Shown piece after piece: positions 51,010 through 63,542 of a stretch of DNA of 64,000 bases. The translations under genes were made by a program, and so were the position numbers. The DNA is taken from contig NC_083453.1 in the NCBI RefSeq assembly GCF_020745735.1, forward strand, positions 15,755,849 to 15,819,848. Reading direction: 5' to 3'. The DNA is from Hemiscyllium ocellatum (lineage: Eukaryota). Under the pieces are notes generated by a model. It ran no database searches. It saw nothing but the letters and a program-made list of their open reading frames with translations, and was not told where the DNA came from. Each line of letters begins with the position of its first letter. Position 1 is the stretch's first letter.

Positions 51010-53920
51010 GAATGTCTGAGCGAGTGAGTGAATGGGTGTGTACGTAAGTATATAAGTGACTGTATGTGAGAGAGCATGAGGGTATGTGAGCGTCTGAGAC
51101 AAAGGGGGTCCGTTTGCGTGAGTGTGTATATCTACGCGTGAGTGTGCGTATCTGTGTGTGTGTGTGTATATCTATGTGAGAGAAAGTGCGTGTGAAAGAG
51201 AGTGGGTGACTGTGTATGCGTGAAAGAGTATGTTGAATGACTGTGCGTGAGTGAGAGTTAAGCGAGAGTGTATGAATGAGTGCATGACCATTGCCTCCCC
51301 GATATGACAGAGTGTCTATATGCATGTGAAAGAAAGAAAGATTGTGGAATGAACGCATTGGTAAGTGTATGTGTGTGACAGAATGTGTGCATATGCGTGT
51401 GAGAGAGTGAGTGTGTGAATGTGAGAGAGATTAAGTGTGTGTGTGAATGAACTTGTGTTTGAAAGAATGTGTTTGTGCGAATGTGTGTCAGAAAGCAAGA
51501 ATGAGCTTGTGTGAATGTGTGTGTATGAATGTGTGAATGTTCGTGAGATTGAGTATGAGAATGTATGTATGTGAGTGCGTGTGTGTGAATGTAGGTGAGA
51601 ATATGAGTGAATGTGTGCTTATGAGAGTGTGTGTGAATGTGCATGAGAGACAGAATGAGTGTGTGAGATACTGTGTGTGAATGTTTATAGGTGTGTGCAC
51701 AAATTTGTGTGTGAGAGAGACAATGAGTGTGTGAATGTGTGTATGAGCATGTGAATGTGCATGTGTGAATGAGTGTGGGGAAATGAATGTATGTGTGTAA
51801 CTGTGTGTTTGAATGTGTGAGAGTGTGTGTGAGACTGAGCATGTGAATGCGTGCATAAAAGTGTGTGAATGTGTGTGAGACAGTAGGTATGAATGCGCAT
51901 GAGAGATTGAGTGTGTCAATGTGTGTGTGTGTCAGAGACTGTGGATGGGTGTGAAACTGAGCAAATCAATATGTGCATGGGTGTGTATGTATGCATGAGA
52001 GGGTGTGAGTGGGTCAGCGTGTGTGTGATTGTGTGTTTATAGGTGTGTATGTGCAAATGCATGTTTGCATGAATGTGCACGTGTGTAAATGTGTTTGTGT
52101 GAATGAGTGCCTGACTAAGTGCATGACTGTGTGTGAGAATGTGCACAGTATTTGATTGTGAGAGTGTGTGTGAATAGGTGTGAAACTGCGCATGTGTGCT
52201 TGTGCGTGTGCATGACTGGATGTGTGTTTAAATGTGTGTTTGAATGTTTGAGAAAATGTGTGAATGTGTCTGAGGCTGAACATGTGAATGTGCACGTGAG
52301 AGAGCATGTGTGAATGTGCATGGGAGAGAGCGTGCGTGAATGTGCACATGAGAGTGTGTGTGTGTGCACATGAGTGTGTGCGAGAATGTGCACATGAGAC
52401 AGCATGTGTGAATGTGCACGAGAGAGCGTGTGAATGTGCATGAGAGAGCGTGTGAATGTGCACGAGAGTGTGTGTGAATGCATGCACGTTAGAGAGCATG
52501 TGTGAATGTGCACATGAGAGAGCGTGTGTGAATGTGCACGAGTGTGTGAATGCATGCACATGGGAGAGCGTGTGTGAATGCACGAGACAGCGTGTGAGAA
52601 TGTGCATGAGAGAGCGTGTGTGAATGTGCACATGAGAGAGCATGCATGAATGTGCACGAGTGTGTGTGAATGCGTGCACATGGGAGAGCATGCGTGAATG
52701 TGCACATGAGAGAGCGTGTGAGAATGTGCACAAGAGCATGTGTGAATGTGCACATGAGAGAGCGTGTGAGAATGTGCACAAGAGCATGTGTGAATGTGCA
52801 CATGAGAGAGCGTGTGAGAATGTGCACAAGAGCATGTGTGAATGTGCACATGAGAGAGCGTGTGAGAATGTGCACAAGAGCATGTGTGAATGTGCACATG
52901 AGAGAGCGTGAGTGAATGTGCACGTGAGAGGGCATGTGTGAATGTGCACAAGTGTGTGTGAATGCATGCACATGGGAGAGCGGGTGTGAATGTGCACATG
53001 AGAGAGCGTGTGTGAATGTACACGAGAGTGTGTGTGTGAATGTGTGCACGTGAGAGAGCATGTGTGAATGTGCACGTGAGAGAGCCTGTAAGAATGTACA
53101 CGTGAGAGAGCGTGTAAGAATGTGTGTGAATGCACGTACATGAGAGAGAGTGTGTGAGAGGATGGTCGGGTATAAGTGAATGCGTGTTTATGTGCATGTG
53201 TGTTTGTGAACGTGTGCTTGTATCAATGTGTGTGTGTAAGAGAGACAGAATGTGCTTGTGTGAATGTGTGCCTTAGCTAGTATATGGGTGTGTGGGTGAG
53301 AGATGGACCACATGAATGTGTGTGAGAGTGAACATGAGTGTTTGAGATAGTGTGTGTGAGAGTGAGTGCATGAGAAAGTGTGAGACAATATATGTGTGAA
53401 TGCAAGCGAGTGTGCGTGTTAGTGTGAGAGAATGTATGAATGTGTGAGAGTGTTTGAACGTAAGTGTGAGGGAGTGAATCTACAATGTGAGTGAGAGTGT
53501 GTGTGAATGTGTGTGCGAATACATGTGACAGAGTGTGTGAATGTATGAGAGACTGCAACAGAGTGAGTGTGAGAGAAGAGATGTGTTTGTGGGAGTGTGT
53601 GTGAATGTGTGTGAGACACTGAGTGTCTGTGTCTGTGTGAATGTGTCTGTGTGTGAGAATGTGTTTGAATGTTTGAGGAAGTGCGTGGGAATATTTGAGA
53701 CTCTGAGCATGTGGATGTGCACACGTGTGTCTGAGAGAGTATGTGTTCGAATATGTGTGTGTGAGTATGTGAATGAGAGACCGAGCATGTGAATAGGCGC
53801 ATGAAAGAATATGCGAAGAGATGCGTGTTATGTGAGAGATTGTGTGTGGGGATGAGCGTGTACAAGTGAATACCTGTTTGAAGGTGTGTGTGTGTGTGTG
53901 TGAATGTAGGTGTGTGTGTT
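51010..53920. repeat. Degenerate (GT)n-rich tract in wnt1 intron 2, with an embedded 24/48-bp minisatellite
   Basis: Visible directly. A perfect 48-bp unit repeats about 4.5 times at 52694-52910. Confidence 0.9.
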
Positions 53921-54312
53921 CCGCTCTCTCTCGCACATGTAGTATCTCATGCTCCCCATCCCTGTGTGTCTTTTGTTTTTGTTTTGCTATCTAAGTCTCC
54001 AAATCTCAGTCTCTCACTCTATATCTTTACGCCCATGTCTCCCCCTGTGCCCTTCCTTCTCGGTCCCTCTCTTTCGGGCTGAGGGTGTTTCTGTGGGAAT
54101 CTGCTTCAATTCCTCTCTCTCTCTCTCTGCTTCTGCACTAGGGTCTGTACCGCTCCTTCTATTCCTTCGGAGGAGCGGCTTGGCTCTGCGATGCGTGGTT
54201 ACCGGGAGGGGTGGGGTTGGGGGGAGTCTCTCTCTCTCTCTCTCTCCGGTGTCTGGATCTCTCGGTCTCTGTCCCTCCCTCTGAATTCTTTCCCGGTTTC
54301 TTGTCCCCGCAG

Positions 54313-54578
54313 GTTGCAGAGAAACCGCTTTTATCTTCGCCCTGACCAGCGCGGCGGTAACGCATTCCGTGTCCCGCTCCTGCTCCGAAGGCTCCATTGA
54401 GTCGTGTACCTGCGACTACCGGCGGCGGGGACCGGGCGGGACCGACTGGCATTGGGGCGGCTGCAGCGACAACATCGACTTCGGCCGCGTCTTCGGCCGC
54501 GAGTTCGTGGACTCAAGCGAAAGGGGCCGGGATCTGCGCTATCTGACCAACCTGCACAATAACGAGGCGGGCAGACTG
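54313..54578 (+). CDS. wnt1: Wnt1 coding exon 3 ([10 protein letters not shown]...[34 protein letters not shown]...LHNNEAGRL); exon 4 lies beyond the window
   Basis: Overlaps ORF 54369..54674. cgcag acceptor at 54312, gtaat donor at 54579. Confidence 0.96.
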
Positions 54579-55716
54579 GTAATGCATGCCATGGTTTCCC
54601 TTTGCCCAGTGGGGCCAGGTGTAACTGTGTTTAAGACAGAACCTCGGCAGCGAAACATTTCCAGGAGGTGTTAGGAAGGCACTAGTTCCCGGCCAGTTCA
54701 AATCACAGGGATTGAAATCTGGGAGGCGTCCGAACTCCAGCTATGAGGGAACTAACACGATCCAGGTGTCCTTTCTCAAGGCTCTTCCATACAAACCCTA
54801 ACCCACTAAGCAGCACTTACAGTAACAAGTGTTTGTCCTTGGCTGACCGGCCAGAGTTCGAGCCTGCTCACGCAGACAGGAAAGAGCCAGCAGAGAGCTG
54901 GTGCGGCTGTGGTCTGGGCACTGGCGAGGAGATGGGAACGCTCATGGGAGGGGTCTGCTTCACACCGGTCCCCCCATCACGAGCAGGCGGCTTGATCTTC
55001 CACATCTGGACAGAGAGCCTGGCTGTTCATTCAGCCAGTGCGCAGGGCCAAAGGGTCCTGGCTCCAAAAGCCCCCTTCACTGGCCAAGGACATTCTCCCG
55101 GCAAATGAGGTCTTTTTCAACAGACTAGTGGGCGTAAGCAGTTTGGAGACTCCCAGCTCACGTCAGTAGTAATGGTCCCTGTCAAGCCCCACTCAGAATC
55201 TTGTATGTTTCAATAAGAACACCCTTCATTCTTCCAAACTCTAATGAATAACAACCCAACCTGATTCGCTGTTCTTGATAAGTGAACCCCTTCAGCCCAG
55301 GAATCAACCTCATGAATCTCTTTTGAACAGCCTCCAATACTGGTATACTCCAGGTGCAGACGCACCAACACCCTGTAGTGGTAACAAGACTGTCGTATTT
55401 TTAAACTCCAACACCCCCCCCCCACCCCCCAGTAATAAAGGCCAAAATGACATTATCTGTTTTAACGATTGCATGCTAATATTTTATACAAATGAGATGG
55501 TTCTTTCAAAGTTCCCCACAACTACATGACCTAGTTTAGTGTGTGGCTCGATTCAACTAGTGGCCCGGTTCAATCCCTGTTACAGTTGAATCCATAGTCC
55601 AGACAACGGTGCTGAAAACACTCCTTTCCAAACTACACAGCCTTTCCAACACTAAAAACACCAGACATCTTTTTGCTGAAATAGAGTTTAATGATGAATA
55701 TATATGCATCGGTTAA

Positions 55717-56012
55717 GGGCAGCACAGTGGCTCAGTGTTAAACACTGCTGCCTCAAAAGCACCAGGAAGCCGGATTCGATTCCAGCCTCGGGCGACTGTC
55801 TGTGTGGGTTTCTGCCCGGCGCTCCAGTTTCCTCCCACAATCGAAAGGTGTGCAGGTTCGGTGAACTGGCCTTGCTAAATTGCCCATAGTGTCCAGGGAT
55901 GTGTAGTTGAGGTGCACAAGTCAGGGTAATAGAGAAGGGGATTGAGTCTGGGTGGGTTACTCTTTGGATGGTCGGTGTGGGCCTGTTTCCACACTGTAGG
56001 GATTCTATGATT
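55717..56012 (+). mobile_element. HE1-like V-SINE
   Basis: Same head, central and tail blocks as the 8329 copy. Confidence 0.8.
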
Positions 56013-56104
56013 AAAAAAAGTAGGTGTAAAGTGATCTCTTATACAGCAATTTAGTTAACAGTTAACATCAATCTTCTGGTGAATAGGTTTGTAATAATAC
56101 AACT

Positions 56105-56712
56105 TAGAGTCAGAGGTGTACAGCATGGGAACAGACCCTTCAGTCCATGCCGACCAGATATCCCAACCCAATCTAGTCCCACCTGCCAGCACCTGGCCCA
56201 CATCCCTCCAAACCCTTCCTATTCATATACCCATCCAAATGCCTCTTAAATGTTGCAATTGTACCAGCCTCCACCACATCCTCTGGCAGCTCATTCCATA
56301 CACATACCACCTTCTGTGTGAAAAATTTGCCCCATAGGTCTCTTTTATATCTTTCCCCTCTCACACTAAACCTATGCCCTCTAGTTCTGGGCTCCCCCAC
56401 CCCAGGAAAAAGACTTTGCCTATTTACCCTATCCATGCCCCTCATAATTTTGTAAACCTTTATAAGGTCGCCCCTCAGCCTCCGACGCTCCAAGGAAAAC
56501 AGGACCAGCCTGTTCAGCCTCTCCCTGTAGCTCGGATGCTCCAACCCTGGCAACATCCTTGTAAATCCTTTCTGAACCCTTTCAAGTTTCACAACATCTT
56601 TCCGATATGAAGGAGACCAGAATTGCACACAATATTCTAACAGTGGCCTAACCAATGTCCTGTACAGCCGCAACATGACATCCCAACTCCTGTACTCAAT
56701 ACTCTGACCAAT
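56105..56712 (-). mobile_element. CR1 LINE 3' fragment
   Basis: ORF 56173..56742. Confidence 0.9.
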
Positions 56713-58275
56713 GTCTTTTGAATGTTGTAACTGTATCTCCATCTACGACTTGCTCTGGCAGTTCATTCCACATATGATCCACCCTCTGTGTAAGAAAATT
56801 ATCCCTCAGTCCTTTTTAAATCTTTCTCCTCTCACCTTAAACCTATGCCCTCTAGTTTTGAACTCCCCTACCCTGAGGAAAAGACCTTGGCTATTCACCC
56901 TATCCATGCCTCTCATAATTTTATAAACCTCTGCCAGGTCACCCCTCAGCCTACCATACCAGTGGAAAATTTCACAGCCTATGCAGCCCCCCTCATAACT
57001 TAAATCCTCCAATCCTGGCAACATCCTTGTAAATCCTCCCCGAACCCTCCCCAATTTAACAACATCCTTTCCACAGCAGAACTAGCAGAACTCTACAAAG
57101 CAGCCCTACCAACACCCTGCACATCTGCTCAAGGAGACCAGAATTGCATGCAATATTCCAACAGTGGCCTAACCAATGTCCTGTACAGCCACAACATGAC
57201 CTCCCAACTCCTGTACTTAATACTCTGACCAATAAAGGAAAGCATATCAAATGCCTTCTTCACTATCCTATTTACCTGCGACTCCTCTTTCAAGGAGCTA
57301 TGAACCTGCGTTCCAAGGTCTCTTTGTTCAGCAACACTCCATTGGACCTTACCATTAAGTGTATAAGTCCTGCTAAAATTTGCTTTCCCAAAATGCAGCA
57401 TCTCACCTTTATCTGAATTAAACTCCATCTGCCACCTCTCAGCCCATTGGCCCATCTGGTCAAGATCCTGTTGTAATCTGAGGTAACCCTCTTCGCTGTC
57501 CACTACACCTCCAATTTTGGTATCATCTGCAAACTTACTAACTGTACCTCTTATACTCGCATTCAAATCATTTATGTAAATGACAAAAAGTAGTGGACCC
57601 AGCTCCGATCCTTGTGGCACTCCACTGGTCACAGGCCTCCAGTCTGAAAAACAACCCTCCACCACCACCCTCTGTCTTCTACCTTTGAGCCAGTTCTGTA
57701 TCCAAATGGCTAGTTCTCCCTGTATTCTGTGAGATCTAACTTTGCTAATCAGTCTCCCATGGGGAACCTTGTCGAACGCCTTAATGAAGTCCATATAGAT
57801 CACATCTACTGCTCTGCCCTCATCAATCTTCTTTGTTACTTCTTCAAAAAACTCAATCAAGTTTGTGAGACATGATTTCCCATGCACAAAGCCAAGTACA
57901 CTATCCCTAATCTGTCCTTGCCTTTCCAAATACATGTACATCCTGACCCTTAGGATTCCCTCCAACAACTTGCCCACCACCGAAGTCAGGCTATAGTTCC
58001 CCGGCTTGTCTTTACCACCCTTCTTAAACAGTGGCACCACGTTAGTCAACCTCCAGTTTTCCGGCACCTCACTTGTGACTATCGATGATACAAATATCTC
58101 AGCACGAGGTCCAGCAGTCACTTCTCTAGCTTCCCACAGATTTCTCGGGTACACCTGATCAGGTCCTGGGGATTGATCCACCTTTACCCGTTTCAAGACA
58201 TCCAGCACTTCCTCCTCTGTAATCTGGACATTTTGCAAGATGTCACCATCTATTTCCCTACAGTTCTGAAACAAG
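56713..58275 (-). mobile_element. CR1 LINE RT fragment
   Basis: ORF 57129..58310 ([25 protein letters not shown]) plus 56806..57054. Confidence 0.9.
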
Positions 58276-59149
58276 TGTTCTCTCTCTGCCAAATTGTAAA
58301 TGGGAATCATCTCATATCTCTAATTTTGTTACCAATTGCACCCTTTTCTGTGGCACAGAATTCCACAGGCTCACTAATCTCCGGGTGAAGACATTTCTCC
58401 TCATCTCAGACCTAAATGACCTACCCCATTTCCTTAGACTGTGACCCTTGGTTCTGGACTCCCCATTCATCTGGAATATCCTTCCTGTGTTTGTCCTGTC
58501 TTGTCATTGCTGGTCAAGATGTAGGTCACAACTATGGCTTTGCTCGGGTTTCTGAAAGCGTGATTGTCAAAATTGCAGTTTCTGGTGTTGGTATTTTGCT
58601 GTTACTATGGTGTTTTACGATACATGATAAAAGTAGTGAAGACAGCCATTTGCAAACTGTGCCATCTGTTTGAGAATGTGGTCCAGAATTGTGATGGACA
58701 TAGGTAGCTCGGGTATAGCAGCAAAAGTGAGGGGTGGAAAAGTAAAAGATAACTTATTACCTGAGAGAATTGGAGCAATGCAAAGTTTGGATACAATGAA
58801 GAACAAGCGCACAAAGAAGCATGATGCAGCTTAACAAGCCCGATCAAGGACAAAAAGCATACTATCAGGCTGTGAACAAAAATGCAGCAAAATAGCAAGC
58901 TCACAAAAAATGGGCTTGAAATATGACATCTGAAAAGACAAACATGCGCACAATGCAACTTGAAGAGAAGTGAGCTGCAAAACATAGAACATAGAAAATA
59001 GGAGCAGGACTAGGCCATTAAGCTTGTTGAGTTTACTCCACCATTTAATATGATCAAGGCTGATCATCCTACTCAGTATAGCTACAATCTCACCACTTTC
59101 TGGATTAAGAAATTTCTCTTCATCTGAAATAGTGAGTTCCATGATCTAC

Positions 59150-61185
59150 ACTCCAATCATGGGAACTGTTTCAGAATTAATAGGATCTTGAAAGGTGACC
59201 ACCAATACATGCATTATTCCTAAGGTCACATATTTTAGTACTCTGGATGTAGATTATTGGGCCCTGGGGATTCATTGGCCTTTCATCCCATCAATTTCCT
59301 CAACACCATTTTCCTACTAATACTGATTTCTTTCACTTCTTGTCTCTGATGAGATTCTGTGTTCCCAACAATTTTTGGGATGTAATCCTTTGTGAAAGTA
59401 GAACCAATGTGTGTATTGAATTAAAACAAAGAACTGTGGGTGCTAGAAATCAAACAAAAACAGAAATTGCTGGAGAAACTCAACAGATCTGGCAGCATTT
59501 GTGGAGGGAAAGCAGATTTAACAACTTGAGTGCAGTGATGCTTTTTCAGTACTGTTTATTTGGTTTGCCATCTCTGTGTTCCCCAATATAATTTTCCCTG
59601 TTTGTGTTACGGATCTACTTTTATCTTAATTAATCTTTTTCCCTTCATGTACCTATGGAAGCTTTTACAAGAAGTTTGTATGTTCTCCGTAAGATTAGTC
59701 TCATACTCTATATTCCCCCTCTTTAAAAATCTCTTTGCTCTCCTTTGCTGAAATCTAAACTGCTCCCAATCCCCAGGTCTGCCATTTTGTATGCCCCTTC
59801 CATGAATATAATACTATCCCTAATTTCCCTTGTTAGCCATAGATGGGCCATCTGTTTCTTTTTCTTTTCATGCCAGACGAGAATGCAGTTCCTCTGTGTA
59901 CTCTTTCAATGTCTGTCATTGACTATCCATCATCATCCTTTTGAGTAACATTCCCCAATATACCATAGCTAACTCGCACTTCATGTCATAAAAGATTCCT
60001 TTGTTTAGATTTAGTATCGTAGTCTCAGAATCAACTATGTCACTCTCTACCTTAAATGAAGAATCCTACCATATTACGATCGATCTTCCCTAAAGGACCT
60101 CGCACAGCGAGATTGCCAATTCTTCCTTTCTCTTGACACAAGGTCCAGTGTAATATGGCCTGTTTTTTAGTTGGTTCTTCAACATAATTGATTCAGAAAA
60201 TTATGGTACATTTGGTACACACTCCAGGAATTCTTCCTCTACTGCATTGTCACTGATATGATTAAGGTCACCCAGAATTACAGCTTTATTGCTTGCATCT
60301 CTAATTTCCTGTTTAATGTCATCCCCAACACTACCACAACAGTTTCCATGTCAAAATATAATCCCTACTAATATTTTCTACACCTTGGCATTTCTATTTG
60401 TGCAGATTGCATTTCACTGGAGCTAATATCCTTTCCCACTATTGCATTAATTTATTCTTTAACCAGCAATGCTACCCCACCTCCTTTTCCTTTTCACTTG
60501 TCTTCTTGAAAACTGAATATCTTGGATATTCAGTTCCCGTCCTTGATCACCCTGTAGCCACATAATCCCAACTATATGATACCCATTTATATCTATTTCT
60601 GTGACTAATTCAACCATTTTACTGCAAATGTTTTGTACATCGAGACATAAGGCCTTAGGCTTGTCTTTTTAACATTCTTAGTCCCATTCATTACTTTGCA
60701 CTATGGCCCTGCTTCATTCTTGCATTTTAATTCTCTGCCTAAACCCTCTCTTATTTCCTATTCTGTATTTTGTTTTTGCCCTTGTTTCTCTTTCTTCTGT
60801 TTCCTCTTCTGTCTTCCCACCCTTGTGCTATTTGAGTTAAACCCTCCCTACCTGCACTACATATACTCCCCCAAGGACATCAGTGTCAATCCTGCCCAGC
60901 TTTTCTAGTCCACCTCTCCCAGAACTAGTCCCGAAGTCAGAGGAATCTGAAACTCTCCCCCTTGCAACATCTTCCCAGCCACTTATTGGATTGATATATC
61001 CTGCCATTTCTACTCTGATTAGCATGTGGCACTGATAGCAAACCTGAGATCACTACCTTTGAGGTCTGACCTTTTAACTTGGTCCCTAACTCCCCATATT
61101 CAGCTTTTAGGACCTCATCCCATTTCTTTTTACCTAGGTAATTCGTATTGATGTATATCACAATCACTGGCTGTTCACTCTCCTG
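59150..61185 (-). mobile_element. Old CR1 LINE: ORF1 SGNH-esterase remnant and 5' part of ORF2
   Basis: ORF 60937..61167 (VIYINTNYLG...LGTKLKGQTSKVVISGLLSVP) resembles the CR1 ORF1 esterase. Decayed APE motifs follow. Confidence 0.7.
59425..59555 (-). mobile_element. Degenerate Penelope-like 3' end inserted in an old CR1
   Basis: aaaaacagaaattgctggagaaactcaacagatctggcagcatttgtgg resembles 1160-1210. Confidence 0.5.
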
Positions 61186-61194
61186 CTGTGTATT

Positions 61195-63542
61195 TGATTC
61201 AGTTTCCTACAACAACATGTTGTGGATCCAACCAGGGATCAGGCTATTTTAGATCTGGCAATGTGTAGTGAGGCTGGTTTAATAAATGATGTCAGAGTAA
61301 AAAAGAACCTCAGAAACAGTGATCATAGTAGAATGTAGCATTCAGTTTGAGAGGGAGGAACTTGTTTCAGAAACAACTGTACTAAGCTGAAACATGGGCA
61401 ATTACAAAGGAATGAGGGCAGAGCTCATTGGAATGGACCGGGAAAGGAGTTTAGCAGCAAAGATGGTTAAGGAACAATGGCAGACATTTAAGAAAATAGT
61501 TCAAGGCTCACAGTAAAGGCACATTCCAAGGAGGAAGGAGGAGTTTAGGAAAAGGATAAAGGCAACTTTGGTTAACCAAGGAAGTTAAGGATAGCGTCAA
61601 ATTGAAAGAAAAAGAACATAAAATGAGTTGAAGATTAGTAGCAAACCAGAGGATTAGGAAAGTTTTTAAAACCCATGAAAGACAACAAAAAAAACCAGGA
61701 AGAAAATAAACCTGAAGGACAACTTGCAAGTATTATCAAGACAGACAGCAAGGGCTTCTTTAAACATATGCATCGGGGGGAGAAGCCAAAGTGAACAGAG
61801 ACCCCTTAGAGAACGAGGCGAGGGAACTGATAATGGGGAACCAGTAAATTGCAGAGGAGGTGAACAAATGCTTTGCATCAGTCGTCACAGTAGAAGACAT
61901 TAATAGCATCTGAAAATCACTAAATAATCGGGGGGGGGGTGCGTGGGGAAGAAATAAACACAATAACTGTCATGAGAAAAAGTGTGAGGGAAACTAATGG
62001 GGTGAAAGATCAATTTGATCCTGTATCCTAGGCTGTTAATAAAGTAGCTACAGAGATAATGGATGTATTGGAAGTAATCTTCCAAGAATCCTAAGATTCT
62101 GGAAAATCCCAGAGGACTGAAAACTACCAAAGTAACATCTTTGTTTGAAAAGGGGATGCAAGAAATGGGTAACTATAGGCCAGTTAGCTTAAACTCTGTG
62201 ATTGGGAAAAAAATTGAAGTTTATTATAAAAGATGTAATAGCAGAGCATTTAGAAATACATAATATGATCAAGCAGAAGTCAGCATGACGTCATGAAGGG
62301 GAAATCATGCCTGACAAAATTACTAGAATTCTTTAAGGAGGTAACAAGCAGTATTAAAGGGGGAAGCGGTGGTTGCAATATATTTGGATTTTCAGAAGGC
62401 ACATGATGAGATACCATACATTAAGCTGCTTCATAAGAACCCTTGGTATTGGGGGCAGTATATAAGCATGGATAGAGGATTGGCGACCTAATAGAAGACA
62501 AAGTGTTGGGATAAGGGGGCAAACTGTAACTAGTGTTATACCACAGAGAATAATGCTGGGGCCACAACCTGTTACAATATATATTAATGACTTGGATGAG
62601 GAAGATAAATGTACAATTGCCAGGTTTACAGATGATACTAAAATAGGTGGGAAGGCAACCAGTAAGGATGACACAAAGTCTGCAGAAGGATATAGACAGG
62701 TTAAGGAATTGGGCAAAAATATGGCAGATGGAATTTAATGTGGTGAAATGTGAAGTTATGCACTTTGACAGGGAGAATAGAGGAGCTGCATATTATCTAA
62801 ATAGAGTAAGATTGCAGAATGCTACAGAAGAGGGATTTGAGAATCCTCATCCATGAATCACAAAAAAAAACTAGCATCCAAGTTCAGCAGGTAATGGGAA
62901 AGCAAGTGGAATATCATCGTTTATTTCAATGGGAATGGAGTATAAAAGTAGGGAGGCTTTGCTAAAACTATACAAAGCACTAGGTAAGTCACTGCTGGAA
63001 TACTGCGAACAGTTTAGGCCTATTATCTGAGGAAAGATAGACTGGCATTGAAGGCAGTCCAGAGAATGTTCACTGGGCTGATAGCAGATATTGAGGGACT
63101 GCCTTATGAGGACAATTTAAATAGGTTGGCTCTGTACTCACTGGGATTTAGAAGAAGGTGAAGCAACGTTATTGAAACATAAGAGATTCTTAAGGGACCT
63201 GACAGGATAGATGCAGAAAGGTTGTTTCCCTTGTAGGACAAGAGGGCATAATCTCAGAATAAAATCTTGCATGTTTAAGAAGAGATAAGGAGGAATTTCT
63301 TCTCTCAGAGGATAGTAAATCTGTGGAATTCTTTACTGCAGGGAGCTGTCAGATCTGGGTTATTAAATATATTCAAGGTTAAGATAAACAGATAATTAAT
63401 CAATAAGGGAATCAAGGATTATGGAGAAAGGACAGGAAATTAGAGTTGAGAATTATCAGATCAGCCATAATCTCATTGAATGGCAGAGCAGGCTCAATGG
63501 GCTGAATGGTCTATTTCTGCTCCTATGTCTTATGATTTCTAT
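61195..63542 (+). mobile_element. Old, heavily decayed CR1 LINE ORF2 and 3' UTR
   Basis: ORFs 62553..62738 (IYINDLDE...RFTDDTKIGG) and 62647..62856; 3' end gggctgaatggtctatttctgctcctatgtcttatg. Confidence 0.85.

Noticed and set aside
51258-53936. Long His/Thr/Cys-rich ORFs (up to 375 aa), and the similar 40847..41620 and 41702..42481
   Set aside because: They are stop-poor translations of CA/GT/CT low-complexity intron DNA, open in several frames at once.
59150-63542. A single inverted (twin-primed) CR1
   Set aside because: Both halves contain the same APE-to-RT segment, so they are two independent old copies lying head-to-head.
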